A stretch of 64,000 nt of DNA, taken from the NCBI GenBank assembly GCA_965645245.1, contig OZ287076.1, positions 744,001 to 808,000 on the forward strand, in the 5' to 3' direction. Below the pieces are notes generated by a model. The model was not told where the DNA came from, made no database searches, and saw only the letters and a list, made by a program, of their open reading frames with translations. Origin of the DNA: Massalongia carnosa. Lineage: Eukaryota. Of the stretch, positions 10,880 to 23,900 are shown one piece after another (positions within the stretch are counted from its first letter, which is position 1; each line of letters opens with the position of its first letter). The position numbers and the translations under genes are program-made.

Positions 10880-11401
10880 ATGGACCCTAGGACCCTCACA
10901 GAGGAAGGAATATCGGTTTCTTTGTCCAATACACCATTGGACGTTTCTACGATCATCGCCACAGTTAAAAATCTCAAAGCTGGTGCCGTCGTTGTCTTCG
11001 CAGGTAACTTTCCAAATCTCCAGGCCCGATGGATGCTGGCTACCACCGCAACAGGGGTCACGCGTGATAACGTGAATGGCAAGCTTGTTAAAAGCCTAGA
11101 GTACTCATCATACGAGCCCAGGGCGCTCACAACCATGAAGACCATTGCTGTGAAGATGAAAGAGAAGCACGCCCTTACAGCCATCAGTCTTGTGCACCGC
11201 CTAGGGGTCGTGCCGATTGGGGACGAAAGTATCCTGATTGCGGTCTCAGCACCTCATCGGCAAGCAGCTTGGAGGGCTGGTGAAGAAGCCTTAAATGACT
11301 GCAAGGCAAAGGTTGAGATCTGGAAATATGAGGTGTTGGAGGGAGACGACGAGGGTACTTGGAAGGCGAATCGAGACGAGGCTGGAGGCACGCCCTGCTG
11401 A
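10880..11401 (+). CDS. MOCS2B: Molybdopterin synthase catalytic (large) subunit, MoaE/MOCS2B/CnxH
   Basis: GAVVVFAG|VTRDN, LEYSSYEPRA, HRLGVVPIGDESILIAVSAPHR, KAKVEIWKYE motifs; 51-nt intron 11004-11054. Confidence 0.93.
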   Translation: MDPRTLTEEGISVSLSNTPLDVSTIIATVKNLKAGAVVVFAGNFPNLQARWMLATTATGVTRDNVNGKLVKSLEYSSYEPRALTTMKTIAVKMKEKHALTAISLVHRLGVVPIGDESILIAVSAPHRQAAWRAGEEALNDCKAKVEIWKYEVLEGDDEGTWKANRDEAGGTPC

Positions 11402-14303
11402 GTATGTTCCAATAGATACTGGGACTTGAGGGGGTAAAGAAAGGGTATCGTATCATGGATGGAACCATCTAAAAGTTTACGGCTGTTGAACGATAATGTA
11501 GCTACAAGAAATGACACGATTCATGAGAAAACATCTAGATCCAGAATAGGTGGGCTCAAAGGGCAGTGACTGGCGACGTCAAGTGCAAGTCATTCAGGCA
11601 TTCGGATATTCAGCCACCATCTGGTCTATCGTGTACTAGTTGGTATGCAACGGTTTCCCATTTCTTGCCTCCAACTTTTCATTTCCCAAGACCTATTGTA
11701 TATGTCTAGCTTCAAACAAAATATAACCTTCAACGAGGCGCCAGTCTCCTATGGGCTATTAGTCTCAAGCAATACTTAAGTCACCAGCCATTTCATTTGG
11801 GCTATTCTCAAGATACTTTAAACCCCCCAAATTCCGAAATAAGCGTTCACAATGAGAGACGCGGGGAGCAACATATGGCCTGTCATTGATATCCTCAGAT
11901 AGGAATGCGGTCGACATTCTGACCTATGCTCACAGCAACCTTACTCTATTCAAGTTCCCTTCTCCACACTTCGCGAGGCTTTATTCCAGCCAGCTGCAAG
12001 CGCCGAGGTCCCAGGATAACTTGATTTATTGTTATGGTCAGAGAGCACAGTTCACAAAACCAATGCTTCTATTTCAGACCTTGAACCCTGGAGAAAAACG
12101 AAAGACAAAGTTTCAAAATCTTGAGTTGACAGCGGAAATCCGGAATTTCTTTATCCAACTTCGAAGCAAAATAGCACAGAAGAGTGTCGTCGGCTTTCCT
12201 GAAAAGTGTGAATAGTGTCAATCTAGCAGTATCAGCCGCAAATGCAAAGGCTGCGCAACCTATTTATCGCGGTAAAGAAGATCGAAGCGCAGAGGTTGGA
12301 TTGTGACGATCCATTTACAGAGCTCCTTAGACGAGGCGTGTTCCTACTTCTCGGAGACCTTGCCTGAGGAACGAAGGTGGTGATCGAAAAAGGAGAAGTT
12401 GCATAGTCTTGCTGCAGTATTGAAGAAGACGTAAGAACAAAAGTAGGATCACTTAAAGTGAAGGTATCCTTTGCCAGGAGAAGATGTACAAAGTCCTCCG
12501 CTTCCAGCACTACCTTGATATTCCGAGCTCGACCGCCCGATGGCTTGTTGCCCTGCTGAGAAGGGACGGTCTGTGATTGAGCTCGGATGGACTAACTAGA
12601 TGTGAGTCATCGGTGTGCGATATACTTCATAGATGAAAGGCTGATGGCAAGGCTAGTGAAGAAAAATACTGCTGATAGTGATGCTGAGGATAGATAAGAA
12701 GAAGAGTGGTGCTATGCAAAGCGGTGATGGGGGTGAGAGTGAGGTGACAACTGTCGATAATAGGAATGCTGTCAAAGCGATGACACTACAAAATAATAGG
12801 ATGACAGGCAAAAAGAGCAGTACTAGTTAGATGATCAGATTTAGTATGTTATTGGGAGAACTGTGCGTTCAGTATGATGGGATTACTATTAAATCTTCAA
12901 CATATAAGCTAATGAATGATGTAGTTTATGAGTGTGGCTGAGTAGATAGTGCTAGGTTCTCATATCTGCCTCAATCTCTGGTGAGGGAAGGAGGATTGAG
13001 AGGGTGAGAAAGGCATTCGAAGGACTATTTCCTTTTTTAAAATAAAAAAAACCCTCATTTCATTCAATTCCAAAGAGTTGATCATGTGATTTTCTTGCAT
13101 GACGAGGTAGGGCACAATAAGCCCGTCATTGAGGGGAATTGGGCCGTGAATATTTCTGTTATACCATGTTTCCATGGATTGATCGAAGTCAAGATACTCC
13201 CCGATAGATGTCGGATCTTGAACGCTTGGGCACTCGTTGAAATCTGTAGGGTGACAAGCAATGGCGGTGATGACTGAAGCGCTTGTGCGTGTGAGAAGCA
13301 TGGTGATGGTGATGGAGGTGTGGGAAGCAGCAGTCGCGATGAGGTCGGTTTCAAATGGAGGTGGTGACGAAGAGATAAAATAAAGGGTGACGATGGAGGA
13401 AAAATCTATGATGACGACTAGAACTGGTAGGATGAAGTTAAGAAGCAGTTTTAACGAGCAGAACTCATGTGGGGATAGTCAAGAAGCACTGGTGACGATC
13501 AGCACTGATATGGTAGAGGTCAAGAAGAGCAGCGAGGTTCAAAGCAATGATGTATATGCGAGTTATATGGCAATATTCGGAAGAAGCAATATGTTGATGT
13601 GATGAGGATCAAGAAAGCAGTGCAAAGCCAGGATGCGTCTTGATTATGACGATAACCAGAGTAGTTCGTTTTACTCTCTCTGGAGGATGAGTCCTATTTA
13701 GGGCACTTTTAGCAGGGCATGATTTGCACCAACCCTCACCATATCAACCCAGATCCGTGCTTCACAGTCTTACTTCGAGAGGGGATTGTGATGGATTTTA
13801 ATGTCTAAAGATGCATTCTGACTCTATTACAGGCTTCGAGGCGTCTGAGCAAGGCCTTCGCTTTTCGAGAGTTCACCATATTATTTGGAAAAGTATGTTC
13901 TCATACAGCCCTTATATCGGCGACCAAAAAAGCGATGAAGACGATCAGTCATTTCTTAGCGAGATATTTGTTTACCAAAACGACGACCTCCTTCTAATTT
14001 CGGAGTGAGAAGATACAGAGGATTTTCATTTCTTGATAAGCCATGACTGGAACTTGAAATAATTGGCGATTTCTTCTTGTCAGATACCATCTGATCCTTC
14101 GTTATGGGGCGCTCATCCCGTTTATCTTCCGTTAAAGCTGATCGCGTTCTCCGTTGCTATAATATCTTAGTAAAATCTTGGCTTGAAGCCTGGATCTATC
14201 CATTGGGGAAATTTACATATACTTTAGCCAGCAAGCCGAGAGTCATGGAAAGAGAAGTTGGTTCCCCTAGGCCATTTTTCGTCCCAAGCACCCCTTAGGC
14301 TTA

Positions 14304-14818
14304 GGCCCCGTTCGGTAACCTCCTTATTGTCAATAAGGAGCCTCCTTCTTGAAAAGATGGAACCTCCTTATAATGAAAAAGGCCTTCCGTTCGGTTCGGC
14401 CTCCTCCTTAATTTTTTAAGGAGTCTCCTTCGCGGCAAGTTCTATAATTGGTATATTGCAAAGGGTCTGCAGGGATTGTTGCAGGGGGCCAAAAGAAGGT
14501 GTTCGCGAGGTCCTTTTTTTATTAAGGAGGGTTTTATTTGCCTCTGTATTCGACGATTGTATGTCTTTTAAATATGGAACACTACTTGCAGCGACGATCG
14601 CAAACAGCGCCGGTTATCAATTCAATCTTGATGAGAATTGTTCCCAATCTAATTCTGACTACTCAGCATGAGTCGAATAGAGGCAAAGAATATACGACGA
14701 GTTTACTTATTTGTCAATAGCTTCTTATTGTAGCCGCGAATAAGAGGCTATAAACGCACGGACACCAGCTTATTCAAGGGTGCAAAAAGGAGCAGTCTTA
14801 ATGTTACCGAACAGACCC
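14304..14818. mobile_element. Tourist-like (PIF/Harbinger) MITE, copy 1
   Basis: TIRs GGCCCCGTTCGGTAAC / GTTACCGAACAGACCC, flanked by TTA on both sides (14301-14303, 14819-14821); non-coding; near-identical copy at 54144-54639. Confidence 0.9.
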
Positions 14819-17555
14819 TTAGCTATCCTCTCAATGAGCCCAGACATCGAACTAGGACGGCACGTGGATGGAAAGTACGAATCAAGATCCATTGACTCCA
14901 TCTTCGCCGTCAGATTTCAAATTATGAGATCTCATAAGTAAAAACTGTTACCAATCAAAGCAAATAAGACAAGTATTCACCCAAACGGTTAACCAGATGT
15001 TCATATATGGAACGATAACATTGGCTCGTCTTTCGCAATTCAACTTCTCCCCATTGCGCTTTCCTCTTCCCTCTTCACTTCTCTAGGAGCGCCGGGGCAA
15101 CCACAAGCCTACGCTCCATTTCTTTCCGCGGGGTTTCGCCTTCTTCAAATCTGTGATTGCAAAGACAGTAAGTGTCTTAGACTTAGATCAAAGTAGATCA
15201 ATTTCGAGCTCGTCCACGCACATCATTACATTCATACAGTCTGTCCTCTTGTCTTAATCAAGGCGAACTCTACTTATTTATTTGGTATGGTTTTCATGTT
15301 ACCTTTCATCATCTATCGCTTCATATCTCTAATCCATATGCTTCTTTATCCCTGTGCTGTTTCCAAAATATCCTTACCTTTGCATCCAACTTACTATCTT
15401 TGTGGTTCCCTTTCACTGTACTGTGAGGAAGAAAGAAATAAAAAATGAGATAAACTGAAGGATGGAGGAATTTAAAAAATAGCAAAGCTAAGATAATTTA
15501 GAAAAATAAGAGTATGGGGAAATATGGAGGATTTTAGTAGTTTGGGAAGCAAGAGTGTAAGTTATCCATACCATATTGATGAAAATAGGAAATTTTGACG
15601 ACAGCAGGGGATCCGTCCTAGATTTTGTTTTCCGTACCTTCATTTCTACGTATTCCTTTTCGTTCAACCCCCTCTTCCCCCTCCTTATAGCTTCACTTTA
15701 GCATCTGCACCTTTCCTCTCACTATCCCTCCACTAGCCTCCGCTAGAGAAGTGCCCGCGGCTCTCATCGTTCATATTCTTTTAAGTTCTGAAAGAGTAGA
15801 AAAGGGGCATTGGGGAAAAGGTTGATAGAGACTGAATTTTGGAGTTTTAAAACTGGGCAGTAGGATAGGTACATACAGGACAATCGCATAGAGAGTTACT
15901 TCGCCGCCTCCTACATAACAGAGACAATCAATATGGATGTATGCATGCCTGGCAACTCCCCATTACGTTCCCATACCTATCTAAGAAAAAGTGTTGACAA
16001 CTAAGGTTGAATTCTCTCATAATCAGGATGGCCGTTCGTCGAAGAACGCAAAAGTGGGCTTTGATTGGGTTAGTCCGCTCGCTAGCCTGTCGGAATCGGA
16101 GTCGTAAAATGACAAAATAATCTAAGATGGAAACGAAGAATTCAGGGCGGCCGTTCATTGGAGATTTGCAACATTTTCTTTCCCTTCTAATCGTGCTGTG
16201 ACAGGTGCGTTGACTCCATGATCCCTTCCTGAACAGCATGTAATCCCGTTCCCTTATCTCAACGCATATTTTCAGCCATCAGTTTAGCTGCTACACAACC
16301 AGCGCGTACGCATTTATAGTATAATTTGATGATTTAATTATTTTCTTACTGTACGATGGTTTAGCGACAGCATCTTTGATTCATTGCTACACATCACTCA
16401 GCTCAATCTTTCTTCGTCTGGCGATCATGGTGCGATGCTTCAACTTAGCTTAAAAGATAGCTATCTGGCTACTGAATGATCGATGCATGCCCCCCAGTAG
16501 ACCCCTCTACGGCGCTTCTTTCAATCTACCTCCTCTCGAGATCCTCCTCCTTCTTCCCCCTTTCCTACTCCGCTGCCCTGTCCTCCGCCCCGAGAATCTG
16601 CCCGCATTCACACAAGGCCTGGATGCGGAAAGATGCAAGGGCCGCGCTTTAGGGCTGCTGAGGGGGCGTGGAGGGAATCGGTGGAGGGGGAAGATTAAGA
16701 GGGCAGAGGAGAGAGAGACTGGAGATGAGTTTAATAGGAGGTTTGCACATAAAAATACGTATCGACTTCACCGACCTCAAATAACAAGAATAAATGCAAC
16801 CACATCAAACCCATTTATTTCCCCAGTCAATTCGTTCCCCCAAAACCATCTCCGATTTCCACTTTACACTCTTCTGCAACCCCCCCATCCCCTCCCTCCC
16901 CTCCAAAAAACATATCGTGAGAACTGCTTACCTACGGCACCCACGCTATGCCACCTACCCAAGTAAGAGTTGGGGGATTTAGCGGAAAGAGAAATTCCCC
17001 GCCGCAACATTGCGCTTTCGAAAAGGATGTGCGGATGAAGGTCGAGGGAAATGGAACAGGAACAAACGAAAAAGCGCTGGCGGATCAGATTGGGGGTTGA
17101 CGGTGTATAGGGGTAGAGAGGGGTGTTATCGGGAGGTGGGAGTAGTGGGTATAGAGATACGGTTTTGGGTGGGGGGGGGGTTAAAGATTTACTCGGTAAG
17201 GCATAAAGGACGGGAATGGGGGACAATGACGGATTGTTGGGCGCGAGGTTTGATTGATTGCACAAGTTCGGCGAAATGGAGTTTCGGGGGGGGGGGGTAT
17301 GAGAGAAATGAGGTTGACGTTTTTTTGGAAATAAATAGTAGAATGGAAGAAGGGGGGTTTCAAAAGATCTTGCATGAACTATATTGTTCGTAGAGATCCC
17401 TGCTCGCTAAAGACCCGTTAGTAGGAAGGATTCAACTTGCAGTCGGAGTAACAATAGACCTTCTTATTGGGGAATGCGTTCTCGTTCTTCGCGAAGGGTT
17501 TCAAGTCAGCAGCGGGATTTGCAGCATAGCGTTCATCTATCGGTCGATCGTTCGA

Positions 17556-18110
17556 CTAGAGAAGACGCTCCCACGGGAAGAAAATGCCGCTTACGAAGTA
17601 GTCAAGCAAGAAAGACCCGCAATCTGGATACTGGATCGGGTTTGTGCAAAGCTTCTGGACATCCCCCACTGCGAGGTGTTGTTTTTTAGCCACAAGCGGG
17701 TAGGTACATAAAAACCGAGCGGAAAGAGCCTTATTGTGCCCGCAACTCCATTGCACGGTTTGGAGAGAAGCGTCCCAGGGTAATTCATTTCTGTGGTCGT
17801 CGCTGGAGCAGCAAACAGCTTCTTGGGTGCTGCACTTTAAGTGTTCTGGGCTTAGATTCTGTATAGACGTATCCGGAACGGCCTCGGCGTTGCCAGGGTC
17901 ATTATTTCCGAGGTTGGGCGGAAATATCATGTCAACATTGTTGGAGGAAGAAACTTGGCTTACTCCGTACGGCGCGATGAAGTTAGTGGCGAGCTGTTGG
18001 TCATTCATGGAAAGAGCCGGACCGACGTCGTTTCGTAGGCTAGTGTATTGAGAGTAGGGTTTGGCCGTTGCTGTAGTCGTCACTGCAACGAAAAGGAGAA
18101 GAAGACGCAT
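17556..18110 (-). CDS. Small secreted Cys-containing protein
   Basis: 184-aa ORF with signal peptide MRLLLLFVAVTTTATA-KP and seven Cys in the C-terminal half including C-x6-CC. Confidence 0.6.
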   Translation of the reverse strand: MRLLLLFVAVTTTATAKPYSQYTSLRNDVGPALSMNDQQLATNFIAPYGVSQVSSSNNVDMIFPPNLGNNDPGNAEAVPDTSIQNLSPEHLKCSTQEAVCCSSDDHRNELPWDASLQTVQWSCGHNKALSARFLCTYPLVAKKQHLAVGDVQKLCTNPIQYPDCGSFLLDYFVSGIFFPWERLL

Positions 18111-19588
18111 GATGAAACGTAGAGAAGAGAACTATGTTAGTAGATTTCTTAAAGGTCTAGCTTAAATTCAAGCCCGTCAAGATGGCAAAAAAAAAGTAAC
18201 CCTCGATGTTGTTTTATACTGTGCTTCTACAGGTACGGCACAACGTCGCCTTTTACTCGAAACACCTGTGGGTTCTTGTCCGAAGATTTTGGGATGTTTT
18301 ATTTCGAGTTCAGCCCTATCGAGAAACCAAGAACCAAGATGGGCCGAAGACGGCATTAGTGTGAGAGTAATCATACTCCGTAGAACCATACCCTCTAGTT
18401 GAACCATTCTGGTATGGGTCAGGCTCCTTTGAAAACAAAGTTTTTGACAAATCTAGTATGACCGAGGGGTTGAGTATGTATCAAGAAGACGAAGGGCATT
18501 GGACGTCATGTAGCCATGTGGTGTACCAAGCGCCAACTGCCCATTGTACAGCCGCAACAGAACAAAACACATTCAGGCGGGCTGTTCCCTTGACTAGAGT
18601 TCTTAGTTCAATAGCTGAATCAAGCTGTAGTTAGACGGACATAAACACAAGCGCACGGCGGAAGAAAAGAATCAAAGGCCTAACAACTATTGCACAGTTT
18701 CCGTGGTACTTGTTGTATTTAACAGGAAAAAAAAGGCTCAGTCCGAAACAGCTGATATACCTAGACACATATCCACGAACTTCTTACCTGATGAAAAATG
18801 TTTGGTAGGTTTATATGAATTTCCCCATAGCAGTTGTAAAGGAATAAAGAGTAGCAGGAAGAAGATAGCGTTAGCGGAAATAGAGTAATTGATTTCGAAA
18901 CACGGTGCACTCCCCCATCGGGGTCCGGAATACAGCCGGGATCTAGGTCGTACATCTAGCAACTCGGCGAGCTTTGGCTGAGGTGAGGAGATAAGAATTG
19001 CAGATAAGAATTGGAGATACGAGTTAGAGATTGGTGATGGGGTTATGATATCTAGGTGTGCCGATAAATAGGTGGGTATCTGCGTAAAATGACACGGTGA
19101 CTTTCTGACTCTCGACGTATATAGAAAACGTTACTCCTCAAGCGAAAGGAAAGATGCATTGTGTCTGTTGATCATGTACAAGGTTAAGAAATGTTAAAGT
19201 CACGCGTCGGAGAAATATATTCATCGATGCATGTATGAGCCTGGAAAATGTTCGAGAAATCTATTCACACATTTGTATGTACAGACCAGAGAATTGGCTA
19301 TTACTCCAAGGTCTACCCAACAGCAAGCCCTATGGCAGAAATATTACGGCCGGAGGTGGACATGTATCTATGCAACAGCGTGCAAAGGTGAAAAAGAAAA
19401 AAAAAAACCGAACTGGCACTCCCTGCACAGGACGTCTCCACATCCTAATGATACCAGTTACATAATAAAAGATTTGGAATCGTGATAAACAATACCAAGG
19501 CGCTTCGTTTGCCGAAGCCACGCTTCCTGTGTCGTGGGTATAAATGTTGTCAAAACTAGAATGCGGAAAGCGTTGACAAGATGCTCAT

Positions 19589-20933
19589 TTATACAAGAAA
19601 AACTGCAGCGAAGGCGGCCAGGCAGGCTACAAAGAGAGAGCTGCCAATGGCGCTTGCTGATCCTGCGAAAGCAATGGGAGACGAGGTTGGATGAGCGCCG
19701 GTGCTGCTAATATAGCACAATTAGTTGGATTCTGACAAGACGGGGAACTCCAAATGACACTTACAACCCAGATGAACCAGCTGGGGTTTTGGTGGTTGGG
19801 ACAGGGACACCTGGAACGACCGATGGCGCAGGTGTTCCAGAGGGAGCCGGTGCTGGAACTACTGGTGGGGCCGGGCCTGATGGGGCTGGAACCGGTACAA
19901 CCGGGAGGGTTGTTCCCTTTTCTGGTGCAGGAGCAGCGCTGGGGGAAGCTGTTACAGTTAAGTAAACTGTCACCGGAGTGCAAGTGCTAACTGATGCCGT
20001 GGCGATAGGCACTGGGACCTGCGAGGGCTTGCCAACGCTTGGAGTTGGCACAATGACCGGGAGACTAGGCTTCACAACCGAAAGGCTAGGGACAACCGAA
20101 ATGCTCGGTACGACGATAGGAACACTGGGCGTCACAACCGAGATGGTGGGAACGGCTGGAATGCTCGACACGACAACGGGAACGCTGGGCTTGACAATTG
20201 GAGCGCTAGTTGGGACAAGAGAAACACTAGAGTAAATGATCGGGATCCTGGTTGCAACCTTCAAAGTACTCGTCGATGCAGATGGTAGTGAAGGAACTGG
20301 AGGCGGTAGGGTCGGTACTTTGGTGGACAAAACTGGGGTGAGCGTAGGCACGACCACTGGGTAGGTAGTCTTCGAAACGACCGTGGATCGAGCAGGGCAA
20401 TTCGTTACAGTTGAGTGGCAGCTCGTGATAGTGACCTCGTCAGTCCTGTAGATAGTTGCCTCTGATTTCTCATGGGCAACTGTTGCGGGTACTTTACTCG
20501 ACACAACCGGGGTGACCGTGGGCACCACAACAGGGTACGTGGTTTTCGAGATGACAGTAGAGCGAGCTGGGCAGTTGGTCACAGTTGAGTGGCAGCTCGT
20601 AATTGTTACTTCGTCGGTTTTATAGATGGTTGCCTCCGATTTCTCATGGGCAACTGTCGTGGGTGCTTTGCTTGACACGGCTGGGGTAACCGTGGGCATC
20701 ACTACGGGATACGAAGTTTTCGAGATGACCGTAGAGCGAGCTGGGCAGTTGGTGACTGTTGAATGACAGCTCGTGATGGTGACCTCCTCAGTCCTGTAGG
20801 CCGTAGACTCCGCGTTTTCGTGTCCAGTAGCGGTGGGCACGTTCGGCTGCCCATCGCCCAGCTCATAGACCTGGCCTTGATTGGCAACGGTGACCCCTGC
20901 GAAGAGGGCGGCGGCGACGAATGAATAACGCAT
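19589..20933 (-). CDS. GPI-anchored Ser/Thr/Pro/Val-rich cell-wall protein with three TITSC..TNCPA repeats
   Basis: Signal peptide MRYSFVAAALFAGVTVA; three 60-aa repeats; intron 19764-19707 (GTAAGT..CTAAT..AG) joins a terminal exon ending FAGSASAIGSSLFVACLAAFAAVFLV*, a typical GPI signal. Confidence 0.88.
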
Positions 20934-23900
20934 ACTGATGGGTTGAGAACAGTTTTTTTTTTTCGATAAATATTGGAGTGTACTTAAAACAAGTAGGTAT
21001 ATATTAAGAGAACGTATTAAGAGCTGTCTAAAGAGCGTGGATGACCGAAGCCAGGCGTAAAAAGAGCCGTAAAGACTTTGAAGTGAGCGGTTTCAGGATG
21101 AGAACAAAGAGATCAAGAGAGTGGGTCGGTCATCCGGCGGGGGGGTTGCTCCTTATAGCAGCAGTGAGACTACTCGTTGATCGGGAAAAGGGGATGGGGG
21201 AATGGGATGAGGATTGACAAAGCAGCCAGGTGGAGGTCGAATATCGATTCATTGGCTCCGCCAACGACCGAATCTTGTTTTTACAGGGAGGCCCATGACA
21301 TACGATTGCTCATTGGTCAATGTTTGAGCTCATTTCGCATCGATGATCGATGTTTCTCGGAAAAGGGTCCTAAACTTACCAGGATGACCAGATCAGCCAG
21401 TAACCGCACTGGAGCCATGAATGAACCGGGTGCAAGACTCCCATTTTCGCTGGATATTGGAAATTGCGTACTGCTTCCAGCGGATCTCATGGTCTTTTGA
21501 TCTCTGCTGATTTCAGTCCGCCAAACGTCTGCTTCGTGGCGAAAGGGTATTGCTTCTTTCCCATTCAATCCAATACTCGTGCTCGGTCAGGATTGGAATA
21601 TTCCGGTCTTTCCGAATTGATCCTAGGAGCGAGAAAGAACGGTGGATCGGTGTACGCCACCCATGCAGGTTCCCGTGATTGGCAACATTAGCCAAGAAAA
21701 ACAAAGTGCAGCGCCGCATTAGCGTCAGGGGCAAAGTACCATTTGGGTTTAGACAAAACGCTAAGGCTGTCAGAGCTAAACGTCCAGAGGACATACCTTG
21801 TATAGGGGCGCCTTCCCTAGAGAAAGTTTGTAGTTGGGGGGGATAAATCATCACACGTGAGGCCTAATGAACGAGACAGCTTTCACCAATCTGCCGCCAG
21901 TGATGTGTTCGTCCAGCTTCCCCTTCGTCTTTGATACTCCATGTAGCAGGATAGAACTTGCTTCGGCAGAGATTTCACCATCACTACGCTCGGTCCAAGG
22001 GCTCATGAAAAAGCCTGCATGTACTTCGTACCACAAGCCACAAACCCTGTGCAGGACTACCATGCCGCAATCACTAATGAGCATCAAATTACACATGATG
22101 TCAGTCTGTTGCCTGAGGTTTCTGAATGAGAAACATTAGGCTTCGGACTAAAGATTGAAATACCTATTTCCCGTGAGTGAGGGAACCGTTGTCGAGCTCT
22201 ACTAAGTAAGTCAATCAAATTCAAAGTACAACCCGACAATGTTCTATATCCTATTTGGACTCTAAAGGCTCTTTTCATACCATTTCTTCCTGATTATAAT
22301 GTAGCAACTGCCTAGTTACTTACGGTTACGTAATAATGCCGGTCCGGTCATCTTGCTCAACGGAGTGGGATATTTTACGCTACTTATGGCATTTTCCACT
22401 ATCATCATTGTCATCCATTAGAGCCCGTTAGTCGGTTTATTTATCTATGCTTCTACTCGATATGTCCTCGCGTGCATCCAGCGCCGTTGAGACTTCTAGG
22501 ACCTTTCCTTGACCAAAATACTCGGTATACTGGAGACGGCCCCGGAGTCTTGGAGAAAGACGAAATTCCCTACCATTGAAGCGGTAGAAACAGCAGCTCT
22601 GTGGAAGAATGATGAACGTCGGAGCATTTGCCCCCCATTCAATTTAGAGAAACAACAACTCATGCGCACTGCCTGCTCCAAATGCATTAACAAACTCTGA
22701 TTCAAGCATTTGAAGCTGCAAACCCAATTATTGGTTCCCTACCTTCTTCGTTCCCAGCGAAAGCCCTTCACACATAAGGCGTTCTCGGGTATCTCGTTCG
22801 ATTGCTGGCGACAAGCAAACTTCCCACCTCGCATTTAAATATCGATGTCACACTGAAACCTGATCTTTGAAACCCCTCGATATTGCGAGCCATGATATCT
22901 CTTTCACGTTATCTTTGCTTGTTTGTTTCGTTTCGTACAGTTTCAACATGCATGGATCGTTACCTTTACTTTGCCTATCCGACCTCTCAATTATTTAATG
23001 CAAGCCTCCGACTGGTGCCGACCTTTCTGGATGAGATCTTCTATACATATGGTGTGACATGTCCGCAAGGGCACAACCCATGTGGATCCATCGCTAGGCT
23101 CGCTGTGAGTAAGCGTTCATAATAGTCTCACTATACTACGGGTGTTTTATCACGTTATAGCTGACTAGTTATAGCTGACTAACGTTACCCGTTTCGGTTC
23201 CTCTGCTCCTTGATTGTGTCCTGGAATCTACCCCCACGAAGTACTAGCTACTGCTAAATATTCAAAATCATGTGGCTACCGGTAGACCATGCAGTTTGAT
23301 ACCGCAGTCTAGTTACAGCAATGGCTATCTGAGACGAAACCGACGAAGTAAGGATAAAAACTCGCAGAGAAAACGTAGTAAAGAACGCGAAGCTACTATG
23401 CTCTGCAAGCTGGGAACTTCTTCGATGCCAATAGCTTAGCAGACCCGAGGGATGGAAAGGGTCGTGCAACAGGCTTTGCTAGGTCTGTACCTCTCATTCA
23501 TCGGGTTTTTGGAAAGCGTGTATTTGTCCTGTGATACGACCATGACATGCTATCACTAGTCTTAGGTGTTACAGAAAATGGTTACCGTTAGTTTCAAAGT
23601 AGAGGCTTTTGACTTGCGGCTCTACAGCAATATCCCTCACGAACTTTGAAACTGAAGGTTTTGCTTATGCATCATGAATCTCGACCCCCAGTGCAACACA
23701 TTTGTTGCTAGAGAACTTTTCATAGTCCCAACATGAAGCATTGGATAACATAAGCAGAACTGAACAGCCAAAAGACATCATCAATGCCTTCTTCTATATG
23801 TGATTCTCCTCGCATCACAACCAGGTACTTCCATGTTCACAACAATATATCCAACATCAATGCTTGCGATGTTGAGTCAAAAGCTCCCAGGGGCCGAGCG

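Noticed and set aside
14456..14720. Short ORFs inside the MITE (repeated at 54255-54580)
   Set aside because: Conserved only because the element is duplicated; no recognisable protein motif.
16487..17393. ORFs and weak C-run/G-run inverted symmetry
   Set aside because: Homopolymer-rich DNA without real TIRs, TSD or protein motifs.
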